Below are positions 8,553-17,518 of a stretch of DNA of 44,551 nt, one piece after another. Made by a program: the position numbers and the translations under genes. Origin of the DNA: Actinomycetota bacterium. Its GTDB lineage: Bacteria > Actinomycetota > Acidimicrobiia > Spongiisociales > UBA5794. Numbering within the stretch: the first letter of the stretch is position 1; the number at the start of each line of letters is the position of its first letter. The stretch is from assembly GCA_030125685.1 (NCBI GenBank), contig JASJYA010000003.1, positions 1-44,551 on the forward strand. Reading direction: 5' to 3'. A model generated the notes under the pieces. That model was not told the DNA's origin, did no database searches, and worked only from the letters and a program-made list of their open reading frames with translations.

Positions 8553-9638
8553 CTACATTTCTTCCCCAATCGCACCGACAACAGCTTCGGCTTCTGCATT
8601 CTCACCTGCATCTTCCGCCTCGTCTTCTATCACACCCACGGCGCGCAACACCTGATCCTGGAGCTGCATCGAGAGTTCCGGGTTCTGCTTGAGGTGGTCC
8701 TTCGCCTTCTCACGGCCCTGACCGAGCTGCTCGCCGTCGTAGGTGTACCACGCTCCTGCCTTCTGCACGATACCCTGCTCCACAGCAACATCGAGCAAAC
8801 TGCCCTCGCGTGAGATGCCTTCACCGAACATGATGTCGAACTCGGCAAGCCGGAACGGCGGTGCGACCTTGTTCTTGACGATCTTTGCACGCACCCGGTT
8901 ACCGATGTTCTCGGTTCCGACCTTGATCGCCTCGATGCGGCGGATGTCGATCCTCACACTCGAATAGAACTTGAGAGCGCGCCCGCCAGGCGTCGTTTCA
9001 GGATTTCCAAAAACGATGCCTATCTTCTCGCGGAGCTGGTTGATGAAGATCACAGTCGTTTGGGAACGGTTGATGGAGCCTGCGAGCTTGCGCAGGGCCT
9101 GGGACATCAGGCGAGCCTGGAGCCCCATGTGGACGTCACCCATATCTCCTTCGAGTTCGGCGCGCGGCACAAGAGCTGCAACCGAGTCGATGACGATAAC
9201 GACCAAGGCTCCGGAGCGGATTAACACATCGGTGATCTCAAGGGCTTGTTCACCGGTATCGGGCTGGGAGATCAGCAACTTGTCAATATCGACACCGATC
9301 GCCCTGGCGTACATCGGGTCAAGGGCGTGCTCGACGTCAATGAACGCCGCAGTGCCGCCGTTACGCTGAGCCTCAGCGAGTATGTGAAGAGCAAGCGTCG
9401 TCTTGCCGGAAGACTCCGGCCCGAAGATCTCGACAATTCTCCCCCGCGGCACTCCCCCGATCCCGAGGGCGAGATCCAGGGAGAGCGCACTGGTCGAAAT
9501 CGAATCGATCTTGCGTATGTCGTTCGCGCCGAGGCGCATGATGGCGCCCTTACCGAACTGACGGTCGATCTGGGCCATCGCGATCTCAAGGCTCTTCTCA
9601 CGGTCGGTCTGGTCACGGTTGCTCTTTTCTACAGCCAT
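8553..9638 (-). CDS. recA: Recombinase RecA
   Basis: [51 protein letters not shown]; SD AGGGAG before ATG 9638. Confidence 0.99.
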   Translation of the reverse strand: MAVEKSNRDQTDREKSLEIAMAQIDRQFGKGAIMRLGANDIRKIDSISTSALSLDLALGIGGVPRGRIVEIFGPESSGKTTLALHILAEAQRNGGTAAFIDVEHALDPMYARAIGVDIDKLLISQPDTGEQALEITDVLIRSGALVVIVIDSVAALVPRAELEGDMGDVHMGLQARLMSQALRKLAGSINRSQTTVIFINQLREKIGIVFGNPETTPGGRALKFYSSVRIDIRRIEAIKVGTENIGNRVRAKIVKNKVAPPFRLAEFDIMFGEGISREGSLLDVAVEQGIVQKAGAWYTYDGEQLGQGREKAKDHLKQNPELSMQLQDQVLRAVGVIEDEAEDAGENAEAEAVVGAIGEEM

Positions 9639-9743
9639 TTTCGGCTCCCTTTCATCGATTACCGTCACGGTACCGAGCGCCTACGACAGATTACGTCGCG
9701 AATCACACGAATGACATTCATGTGTGTAAGACATGACACTAAC

Positions 9744-9757
9744 CGAACGTTTGTTCG
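9744..9757. promoter_or_regulatory. LexA (SOS) box upstream of recA
   Basis: CGAAC-GTTT-GTTCG. Confidence 0.9.
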
Positions 9758-9881
9758 ATGTCGAGGACTCCAACGCGCCAAGCGAAAGCCCCAGTTCTCT
9801 GGGCCACACTCCACGAATACGGACCAGAACCCTGGGTTCCAGCGCCCGCTGTTCTCTGTGCTACCTGCGGCACATACCGGA

Positions 9882-10454
9882 CTATGAACCCTGGGTTTGG
9901 GTTTGCTCAAGGGGGAGGGAGTCGATCGGCTCATAGGTGAGGCCGGTGGGGGTTCGGCGAGTGCGCAGAAAGGTGATGTCTCGGACGGTGATCGGAACGC
10001 GGAATTCGCTAAATGAATCGAAGAGCTTTCTGAGATCCCGCGCCGGCCTGAGGCGAGAGATCGTCAGGTGCGGCGTGAAGGGACGCTCTTCGGGTGCAAA
10101 GCCGACATCGACCACCGCTTCTTCGCACACCGCAGCGAGATACTCCAACAATCCGCTCGGATCATCCACCGCTGCAAACACGACGCCTGCGTGTGACGCT
10201 CTCGGAAACGCACCGAGCCCGGAACACCAGACCTTTCCGGGCGTGGTGTCCACCGTCTCAGACAAACGATGCATGATACGTTCGGCTTCGCTGTCAGAGC
10301 ACTCCCCCAAGAACCGAAGAGTGACATGCCAGTTCTTCGGCGGAGGCCTCCTGCCAGGGATCGGTGAACCAATGCCCGCCTCGGCGAGAGCCGCCGACAG
10401 AGCGTGCCGTTCATCGTTGCTGAGGTCGATTGCCAGAAATGCGTGGTCGATCAC
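9882..10454 (-). CDS. thpR: RNA 2',3'-cyclic phosphodiesterase (2H phosphoesterase)
   Basis: Two HxT motifs (WHVTLRFLG, FTPHLTISR); cinA-thpR-recA context. Confidence 0.9.
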   Translation of the reverse strand: MIDHAFLAIDLSNDERHALSAALAEAGIGSPIPGRRPPPKNWHVTLRFLGECSDSEAERIMHRLSETVDTTPGKVWCSGLGAFPRASHAGVVFAAVDDPSGLLEYLAAVCEEAVVDVGFAPEERPFTPHLTISRLRPARDLRKLFDSFSEFRVPITVRDITFLRTRRTPTGLTYEPIDSLPLEQTQTQGS

Positions 10455-11692
10455 GACTCAAGAATCGCTCGCCGCACGAGATGCAGCGCGGCAGTTGCGG
10501 TGTGCGCCCGCACCTGCTCTCTGTCCCCCGGCATGTGGAGCGTCCTCACCGTGGCAACCGAAGGTGTGGCGACCGCAACGATCATCGTCCCAACTGGCTG
10601 TTCGAGTGGTTCGGGGCCTGCAGAACCCGTGACCGCGACGGCGACATCCACACCCAGGACCGAGCGCGCACCACGGGCCATTGCCTCGGCTGTCTCCTCT
10701 GAGACGACACCGTGACTTGCAATGGTCTCAGGCGGCACGCCGAGAATCCCGAGCTTGAGGTCGGAGGCATACGCCACGATCGAACCCCGGAATGTCGCGC
10801 TCGCTCCCGGCAGGCTGGTAAGCCTCCGACCGACGAGTCCGCCGGTCGCGGACTCCGCGGTTCCGATCATCCAGCCCCGCTTCTCCAGTTCGGTGCGGAT
10901 GACCCGTTCGATCGTGTCGTCATCGGCCCCGAAAATCACGTTTCCGATCCGGCTCCGTACCTCGCTCTCAACAGGTGCAATGAGCGCACGGGCCTCCTCC
11001 TGTGTGTCAGCGAGGGCGGTAAGGCGAATCTTGATCTCACCCGAAGACGCGAGAAACGCCACGGTCGGATTCTTCCCGACGTCAAAGAGATCCTGAAGCT
11101 CCTCCCCGACCTTCGCCTCGGACATTCCCCAACTCCGAAGCACCCGGCTCACCACCGCGCGGCCACCGCCGGCCTGCTCCCGCAAGAACGGAAGGACGAG
11201 CTCGTCAACCATCGCAAGCATCTCCCCAGGCACTCCGGGAAGGGAGAACACCCAACACCCTTCAATGAGGATTCGGAATCCGGGAGCTGAGCCTTTCGCG
11301 TTTACGACGACATGCGATTCTTCTGGCCGATACGCCTGCCGCAGATTCGATTCCGGGAACGGCTTATCAGGCCTCATCCAGTTCCACCGCTTCCTCAGCA
11401 CATGCTCATGTGTCTCGTCGTAGATAAGGGGGACGCCCGCGACGCCCGCGACGGCGCTCCGAGTGATGTCATCAGCCGTTGGGCCAATGCCACCGGTGAT
11501 GATGAGCGCATCGGCCCGGCTTACGGCGAGCCTGATCGCCGCACCCATGCGATCCGCATTGTCACCGACGACGGCCTGGTTGATGTGGGTGAATCCGCTC
11601 TCAGCCAACCGGATCGCGATGTCTTTCGCATTCGTGTTGGCGATCTGCCCCAGAAGCAGCTCCGTACCGACCGCGAGCGTCTCGACGATCAC
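10451..11692 (-). CDS. cinA: CinA (MocF domain + NMN deamidase PncC domain)
   Basis: VGTELLLG, TGGIGPTADDIT, GSAPG, LPGVP, AESATGG, HGVVS; GTG overlaps rimO stop. Confidence 0.93.
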   Translation of the reverse strand: MIVETLAVGTELLLGQIANTNAKDIAIRLAESGFTHINQAVVGDNADRMGAAIRLAVSRADALIITGGIGPTADDITRSAVAGVAGVPLIYDETHEHVLRKRWNWMRPDKPFPESNLRQAYRPEESHVVVNAKGSAPGFRILIEGCWVFSLPGVPGEMLAMVDELVLPFLREQAGGGRAVVSRVLRSWGMSEAKVGEELQDLFDVGKNPTVAFLASSGEIKIRLTALADTQEEARALIAPVESEVRSRIGNVIFGADDDTIERVIRTELEKRGWMIGTAESATGGLVGRRLTSLPGASATFRGSIVAYASDLKLGILGVPPETIASHGVVSEETAEAMARGARSVLGVDVAVAVTGSAGPEPLEQPVGTMIVAVATPSVATVRTLHMPGDREQVRAHTATAALHLVRRAILES

Positions 11693-13005
11693 GGCGCCAC
11701 CACCGTCGCTGCTAGGTCGATGCCGTACGCGCCGTCGATCGTCGCGGTAACCCACTCCCCCTCGGCGCCCGAGTCGAGAAGGATCACGCCGTCGATCTCC
11801 GGCGCCTCCCGGTAAGAACGCCCAACCGCTTGGCCGTCCTCGACCTGGTCGATAAGAATGTCGAGTGTGCGACCGACCGTCCGGGCGTTCGCGGCCGCCG
11901 ATATGTCATCCTGGAGTCCCTGCAGATGACGCATCCGCTCGGTGATCTCGTCGTGCGGAATCTGGTCCGGCATCGTTGCGGCGTCGGTTCCGTCTTCGGC
12001 CGAGTATGGGAAGAACCCTGCCCAATCGAGCCGCGCCTCCTCGAGAAACGCAGCAAGGCCTTCGACATCCTCATCTGTCTCCCCCGGATACCCGACAATG
12101 AAGCTCGACCGGGTCGCTGCCCCGGGAGCTGCGTCGCGGATGCGTTCGATGAGCGCGAGATGCTTCTCGCCACTCCCGGATCTCCGCATAGACCGAAGCA
12201 GAGACGGCGAAGAATGCTGGAGCGAGAGATCGAAGTATTCGGCGATCACCCGGTGACCCGCCATCACGTCGATCAGTCCCTGGCGGATCTCCCGCGGAAA
12301 GAGATAGTAGAGGCGGAGCCTTCCGAGGCCGCCGACAGACGCTGCCCGCTCGACCAGATCCTCGATCGACCCCGCGTCGTTGTCTCTGCCGTACGCGGCG
12401 AGATCCTGGGCAACGAGCACGATTTCCTGAATCCCGTCCGCGATGAGTCCTTCGATCTCGGCGATGACGCTATCGCCGGGGCGCGATCGCTGCCTGCCTC
12501 GGATGAGGGGTATTGCACAGAAGGCACACGTCTTGTTGCACCCCTCAGCGACCTTCACGTAGGCGAACGGCGTTGAAGGCGTCGGGCGTTTCACCACATC
12601 GAGGATGTCCATGCGCGAACGCCGAAATCCGGGGAACTCGATTGGGCGCCATCCGGTGAGGGCATCGAGCTCGTCGATGATATCGGGATAGCGATCGAGT
12701 CCGATGACGGCGTCAGCCTCAGGAAGCGCTTCGATGAGTTCCCGTTCGTACCGCTGCGCCATGCATCCGATCACCACGAGTTTGGCGTCTCGCCGTTTCG
12801 CCTCCGCGAGTTCGAGAATCGTGTCGATCGACTCTCGTCGGGCGTCCTCAATGAACGCGCACGTGTTCACCATCACGACATCCGCTGATTGTAGATCAAC
12901 AGCATCCCGATATCCCGAATCGCCGAGAATCGCGGTGATCTTGTCGGAATCAACCTGATTCTTCGAGCAGCCGAGCGTCGTGAGCCAAAGAGTGGGGGCA
13001 GACAT
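11689..13005 (-). CDS. rimO: Ribosomal protein S12 methylthiotransferase
   Basis: LGCSKNQVDS, NTCAFI, EGCNKTCAFCAIP, GYPGET, APEIDG. Confidence 0.95.
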   Translation of the reverse strand: MSAPTLWLTTLGCSKNQVDSDKITAILGDSGYRDAVDLQSADVVMVNTCAFIEDARRESIDTILELAEAKRRDAKLVVIGCMAQRYERELIEALPEADAVIGLDRYPDIIDELDALTGWRPIEFPGFRRSRMDILDVVKRPTPSTPFAYVKVAEGCNKTCAFCAIPLIRGRQRSRPGDSVIAEIEGLIADGIQEIVLVAQDLAAYGRDNDAGSIEDLVERAASVGGLGRLRLYYLFPREIRQGLIDVMAGHRVIAEYFDLSLQHSSPSLLRSMRRSGSGEKHLALIERIRDAAPGAATRSSFIVGYPGETDEDVEGLAAFLEEARLDWAGFFPYSAEDGTDAATMPDQIPHDEITERMRHLQGLQDDISAAANARTVGRTLDILIDQVEDGQAVGRSYREAPEIDGVILLDSGAEGEWVTATIDGAYGIDLAATVVAP

Positions 13006-13149
13006 CGTGTGAGTGTACGACGGCGTCGCTACACACTTGAAGGGACTCTTCGAATGTAAGCGGGGTCACCTGGGTGGGAGTCGGGGTATTCGTCCATGGG
13101 ACACATGAAGTTCAGCCGGTCTCTCTGAAACGAGGGCGTTGCCCAGCGG

Positions 13150-13273
13150 CCCCCTCTGGCCTCGCGAGCTCGGCCTTCTCCCCCGTCCTTCGGCTGAGGG
13201 AGAGGAAGCACCGTTCTTCTCTCTCCCGCGCAGCGGGGAGATGCCGAGGAGCGTAGCGACGAGGTAGAGGGGG
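13150..13273. repeat. REP-like palindromic element, two inverted units
   Basis: Units of form CCCTCT...CTCCCC(GC)-loop-(GC)GGGAGAG(A)GAA; related copies at 28571-28718 and 35105-35162. Confidence 0.7.
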
Positions 13274-13312
13274 CGAAAAAACACGGCGAGTCCACCGAGA
13301 CCCGCAGACCGC

Positions 13313-14194
13313 TTAGTCGAGGGGCACCATCTCTCCCACTCGTTTGCGGAAACGGATGCGTTCGGTGTACCCGACGGTCTCTGCCATCGCGATCGCCTTG
13401 TCGCGGTCACGCCCGGCGTCACCTGGAACGTGAGCATCAGAAGCGAGAGTTATCGGAACGCGGTGATTGTAAAACCGTTCGAGGAGCGGCTTGCTCGGGT
13501 ACATCTCTCGGGCCGGCTGGTACAGACCGGCTGTTGACACCTCCACCGCGGTGCCGCCTCGTGCTGCTGCAACCGCCAACTCCTCGTACAGGTCTTCGGG
13601 CGGTTGAGGGAGGAACACGCCCTGTTTCTTTATAACGTCAGCATGGGCGAGGACGTCGAAGAGGCCAGACGCCGCTAACTCGGTCTCGGTACGGAAGTAT
13701 TCCTCATACGCCTCCACCGGCCCTCGACGGTTGAACTCGAACACCTGGTCAGGGAGATCAAGACCCCAGGCGCCGAGCCAGTGAGTAGCGGCAACGAGAA
13801 AGTCGAAAGGATACGGTTCGAGGAATTCGGCGACCGCCTCAGCAGTCTCAGGGAAGAAATCGACCTCAAGCCCGAGCAGCACGGGGAGGCCGCGGTCCTT
13901 GGCGTCGACGACGGCCTGGACGTACCGCTCAAGGGACAGGACTCGCTCAGAGGCCACGTACGACTTGGTGTACTCCCGGAGATCCTTTCGCGGATCTTCC
14001 TTCCACCACGTGCCGAGCACCGGGGCAGATTCGACGCACCTGTAGAGATGCTCGGTGAAGCCAATCTCGTCTGCACCCCGAGAGAGCGCTGTCTCGACGA
14101 ACGCCTCGATGTGATCTATCGGGTACTGACCCGGCGGGGGACCCTCACCGTCGTACGGCCCATGTTTGTGGAGATGGACGTGGTAGTCACCCAT
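13313..14194 (-). CDS. PHP-family phosphoesterase, HisJ-like histidinol-phosphatase
   Basis: DYHVH, GFTEH, LGLEVD, LAHAD, ASDAH metal-binding motifs. Confidence 0.85.
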   Translation of the reverse strand: MGDYHVHLHKHGPYDGEGPPPGQYPIDHIEAFVETALSRGADEIGFTEHLYRCVESAPVLGTWWKEDPRKDLREYTKSYVASERVLSLERYVQAVVDAKDRGLPVLLGLEVDFFPETAEAVAEFLEPYPFDFLVAATHWLGAWGLDLPDQVFEFNRRGPVEAYEEYFRTETELAASGLFDVLAHADVIKKQGVFLPQPPEDLYEELAVAAARGGTAVEVSTAGLYQPAREMYPSKPLLERFYNHRVPITLASDAHVPGDAGRDRDKAIAMAETVGYTERIRFRKRVGEMVPLD

Positions 14195-14197
14195 TGC

Positions 14198-14286
14198 GGG
14201 TGACAGGTTACAGGTGACAGGTGACAGCAGTCAGGTGACAGGTAACAGCTAACAGGCGACAGCTGGCACGTGCTCACCTGTGACCT
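14198..14286. repeat. Heptamer tandem array (about 10 AGGTGAC-like units plus 2 inverted units)
   Basis: GGGTGAC AGGTTAC AGGTGAC AGGTGAC AGCAGTC AGGTGAC AGGTAAC AGCTAAC AGGCGAC AGCTGGC ... CTCACCT GTGACCT. Confidence 0.85.
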
Positions 14287-14289
14287 GCC

Positions 14290-14703
14290 TTACCTGGCTT
14301 CGGGTATCTCTATGCCGCGGTCGATAAGGTGGCCCTTGATCACGCCGATGCGCGCCCTGATCTTGGGCAGTCCCATTGCGTCCTCGATGCCCTTGTTGAT
14401 CTTCACACCACCGAGATTGCCCATCTCGCCCGTGGAAGCCCCGACGCTGCCTGCCTGCACGACGAGGTCGATTCGTTGGGCCTCGATCATCTTCGCCTGA
14501 CCTCGCAACGCCGCAAGCTCACGCAACAGATCCTCATCCGCACGACCCGAGTCCAGCTCGTCAGCGAACCCGGTGGCCTCTTCGCGCAGCCGGTCCCGCT
14601 CTTGGAGAAGCTCGTGCTTCTGGGTGAACGCATCGTCCGGGAGGTCAAGTATCCGTCTCTGAACGTCGGCGAGCCTCTTGGTGATATCGGTTGTATCTGG
14701 CAT
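14290..14703 (-). CDS. Hypothetical coiled-coil protein
   Basis: 137-aa ORF filling the gap; TAGAGT -10-like hexamer 6 nt before ATG. Confidence 0.7.
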   Translation of the reverse strand: MPDTTDITKRLADVQRRILDLPDDAFTQKHELLQERDRLREEATGFADELDSGRADEDLLRELAALRGQAKMIEAQRIDLVVQAGSVGASTGEMGNLGGVKINKGIEDAMGLPKIRARIGVIKGHLIDRGIEIPEAR

Positions 14704-14712
14704 GAACTCACT

Positions 14713-16050
14713 CTACAGCGACAGGGCCGGTCGCGCGAGCCTGTTGAAACCCTCCTCCATGGCAGCGACGAGTTGATCGATCTCTTCGTCTCCCATCACT
14801 GTGGAGACAGCCGCCGTACAGGTGTTGATCATCAGGAAGCCGGCGTCAAGAAGATGGTCGAGCAGCATCTTGAGGCGACGCGACTCCTCCGGTGTGGCGA
14901 AGGTTTCGCGGTAATTCCTCGGAGCGCTCTCCTTGAGGTGCACGCGGAACATCGATCCTCCCCCGGTGACACACGCTGCGACGCCCGTCTCCAAGATCGC
15001 ACCCTCGATGCCCTCCACAGCTCGTTTCGCGAGACGATTGACTCGCTCCACAGCCTCGCGGTCGTACATCTGCATCGTCACGAGACCCGCCGTCATCGTC
15101 ACCGGGTTGGCCGAGAACGTTCCTGAATGGGGGAACAGCACCTTGTCAGCGAGCGGATTCATCACGTCCATGACGTCTGTACGCCCTGCAATAGCGCCGA
15201 CAGGGAATCCGCCGCCGATGAGCTTCCCCATCGCGGTCAGATCAGGACGAGCGTCGTACCACTCCTGAGCGCCGCCGTATTCGGAGCGGAAAGTTATGAC
15301 CTCGTCGAATACGAGAAGTGAGCCGTCCGAATCAGTCCAGTCGCTCAACGCGGAGACGAACTCCTGGGACGCGGGCATCAGCCCAACTCGATGAGGCATC
15401 GGGTCGAGCAGAACACACGCAAGCTCTCCTCTGTGCTCATCAAGGATTGCGAGAGCAAGGCCGGGGTTGTTGAAAGGGATAACGACAACGTTATCGAGCA
15501 CGGAGGAAGGCGTGCCGAATGCGACCGGTACAGACACAGGGCGGTCCGCACTCCCCCAGTCAGTGGGCTTCGACATCTGGCTCACTTCGGCGTAGTCGTA
15601 CAGCCCGTGGTACGCCCCCTCCACCTTGGCGATTTTGGAGCGCCCGGTGAACGCCCTTGCCGCTTTTAGCATCCCCATGACGGCTTCGGTGCCCGAATTC
15701 ACGAACCGCAGTTTCTCGAAGCTATCGCTCCGCCCACAGAGGTGCTCGGCGTAGCGAACCTCGATCTCAGTCGCCATGGTGAAAGCGGTACCGCGGTTGA
15801 GCTGCTCAGTCACCGCCGCGACGACCTCCGGGTTGGCGTGTCCGTGAATCAGAGACGCCATGTTGTTCGCGAAGTCGATACGTTCCACACCCTCGATATC
15901 GGTGACCCGGCATCCAGAAGCCCGATCGGCGTACAAAGGATGAGGGTCTCGCAGCACGGTGTTGCGACTGACACCGCCGGGAAGAACCTTAAGGGCGCGC
16001 TCGTACAGTGACGCGCTCCGAGACGGCGGTCGTGGCGCGTCAGTGATCAC
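14713..16050 (-). CDS. Class III PLP aminotransferase, HemL-like fold, probable beta-amino acid transaminase
   Basis: NSGTEA, YHG, FDEVIT, PDLTAMGKLIGGGFPVGA, SGTFSANP; N-terminal PGGVSR rather than HemL PGGVNSPVR. Confidence 0.85.
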   Translation of the reverse strand: MITDAPRPPSRSASLYERALKVLPGGVSRNTVLRDPHPLYADRASGCRVTDIEGVERIDFANNMASLIHGHANPEVVAAVTEQLNRGTAFTMATEIEVRYAEHLCGRSDSFEKLRFVNSGTEAVMGMLKAARAFTGRSKIAKVEGAYHGLYDYAEVSQMSKPTDWGSADRPVSVPVAFGTPSSVLDNVVVIPFNNPGLALAILDEHRGELACVLLDPMPHRVGLMPASQEFVSALSDWTDSDGSLLVFDEVITFRSEYGGAQEWYDARPDLTAMGKLIGGGFPVGAIAGRTDVMDVMNPLADKVLFPHSGTFSANPVTMTAGLVTMQMYDREAVERVNRLAKRAVEGIEGAILETGVAACVTGGGSMFRVHLKESAPRNYRETFATPEESRRLKMLLDHLLDAGFLMINTCTAAVSTVMGDEEIDQLVAAMEEGFNRLARPALSL

Positions 16051-16745
16051 TCTTCGCCCCCCAGGGATTCTTGGCGGATCGGAATCAGCTCTGCGCCCGT
16101 TCGTTCTGCTACGTACGAGAATTCCACCCCCGGGGCAAGCTCCACGAGCTGGAATCCCTCCGGGATCACATCGATCACCGCAAGATCGGTGTAAATACGA
16201 TCCACCACCGCGGGACCCGTCAGCGGATAGGTGCAGGACTCGACGAGCTTCGGTTCCCCCGCCCTGGTGCAGTGCTGGGTGATGACATAGATCGTCCTGA
16301 CTCCCGCGACAAGATCCATCGCGCCGCCAACGGCGGGGATCGCGTCCGGCGCGCCCGTTGACCAGTTGGCAAGGTCGCCGTGTTTGGAGACCTGGAGGGC
16401 GCCAAGCACGCAGAGGTCGATGTGGCCCCCTCGGATCATGGCGAAGCTGTCGGCGTGGTGGAAGAACGACGCCCCGGCAAGCGCGGTGACCCGGCGCTTC
16501 CCAGCGTTGATCAACTCAGGCTCGCCCTCGCCGAGTCCTGGCGACGGCCCCATGCCGAGCAGCCCATTCTCCGTGTGATAGATCACCTCTCTGCCTTCGG
16601 GCACGTATCCGGCCACCTGCTCGGGAATACCTATGCCAAGGTTGACATAGGCGCCGTCGGGGATGTCGAGTGCGGCTCTGCGGGCCATCTCGTCTCGCGT
16701 CAATCCAATTCGATTCGCTCCGCTCGTTGTCGCTTTCTCTGTCAC
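16047..16745 (-). CDS. pcaJ: 3-oxoacid (3-oxoadipate-type) CoA-transferase subunit B
   Basis: YVNLGIGIP, catalytic TENG, DSFAMIRGGH, GDLANW, PAVGGAMDL, CTYPLTG. Confidence 0.85.
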   Translation of the reverse strand: MTEKATTSGANRIGLTRDEMARRAALDIPDGAYVNLGIGIPEQVAGYVPEGREVIYHTENGLLGMGPSPGLGEGEPELINAGKRRVTALAGASFFHHADSFAMIRGGHIDLCVLGALQVSKHGDLANWSTGAPDAIPAVGGAMDLVAGVRTIYVITQHCTRAGEPKLVESCTYPLTGPAVVDRIYTDLAVIDVIPEGFQLVELAPGVEFSYVAERTGAELIPIRQESLGGEE

Positions 16746-17452
16746 GGATAGGACACTCCTCGGGCAACGAGCTCGGATTCGTGGGCCGGCTCGTCAACTG
16801 CAACGACCAGGCTGACGAAGATCCCCGGCGTCACTACGCACTCAGGATCGATCTCCCCCGGTGCGACCACATCGGCAGCTTGGACGATCGTGGTTTTCGC
16901 CGCCATCGCCATGATCGGGCTGAAATTGCGTGCGGTCTTGTTGTACACCAGGTTGCCGTGATGGTCGGCGGCACGGCACTTGATGAGGGCGAAGTCCGCG
17001 GTGAGACCGTACTCGAGCACGTAGCTACGACCCTCGATCGTGCGCTGTTCCTTCCCGTCTGCGAGGGGCGTCCCGACAGACGTCGGCGTATAGAACGCGG
17101 GGATGCCCGCGCCGCCCGCCCTGATACGCTCCGCGAGGGTGCCCTGGGGCACAAGCTCGAGCGCCGTGCGCCCGCTCCGATACAACTCGGGGAAGACCGT
17201 GGAATTCGCCGTTCTCGGATACGAGCAGATCATCTTCGAGACTCTGCCTGCCTTGATCAACGCCGCCAAGCCCACCTCGCCGCTCCCCGTGTTGTTGTTG
17301 ACTACGGTGAGATCATTGGCTCCGTGGTCGATGAGAGCGTGGATCAGCTCAATAGGGCTCCCCGCCTCGCCAAAGCCGCCCACCATGACGATCGCCCCAT
17401 CAAAAATGTCCGCCACTGCTTCGCCGGTTGTCTCTATACGCTTGTTGATCAT
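16742..17452 (-). CDS. pcaI: 3-oxoacid (3-oxoadipate-type) CoA-transferase subunit A
   Basis: GGFGEAGSPIELIHAL, NNNTG, ICSYPR (PcaI-type), PQGTLAERIRAGGAGIPAFYT, ARNF. Confidence 0.85.
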   Translation of the reverse strand: MINKRIETTGEAVADIFDGAIVMVGGFGEAGSPIELIHALIDHGANDLTVVNNNTGSGEVGLAALIKAGRVSKMICSYPRTANSTVFPELYRSGRTALELVPQGTLAERIRAGGAGIPAFYTPTSVGTPLADGKEQRTIEGRSYVLEYGLTADFALIKCRAADHHGNLVYNKTARNFSPIMAMAAKTTIVQAADVVAPGEIDPECVVTPGIFVSLVVAVDEPAHESELVARGVSYP

Positions 17453-17518
17453 CGGGTGTGCTGCTCCTCCAAGACGTCCGACGCTACCAATCGTAGGCTG
17501 TTCACTCGGTCCACTCGC

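Noticed and set aside
14198-14286. Possible CRISPR array or iterons
   Set aside because: 7-nt units without spacers; no cas or rep genes
14713-16050. hemL (tetrapyrrole synthesis) call
   Set aside because: Lacks the HemL N-terminal motif and no hem genes are nearby
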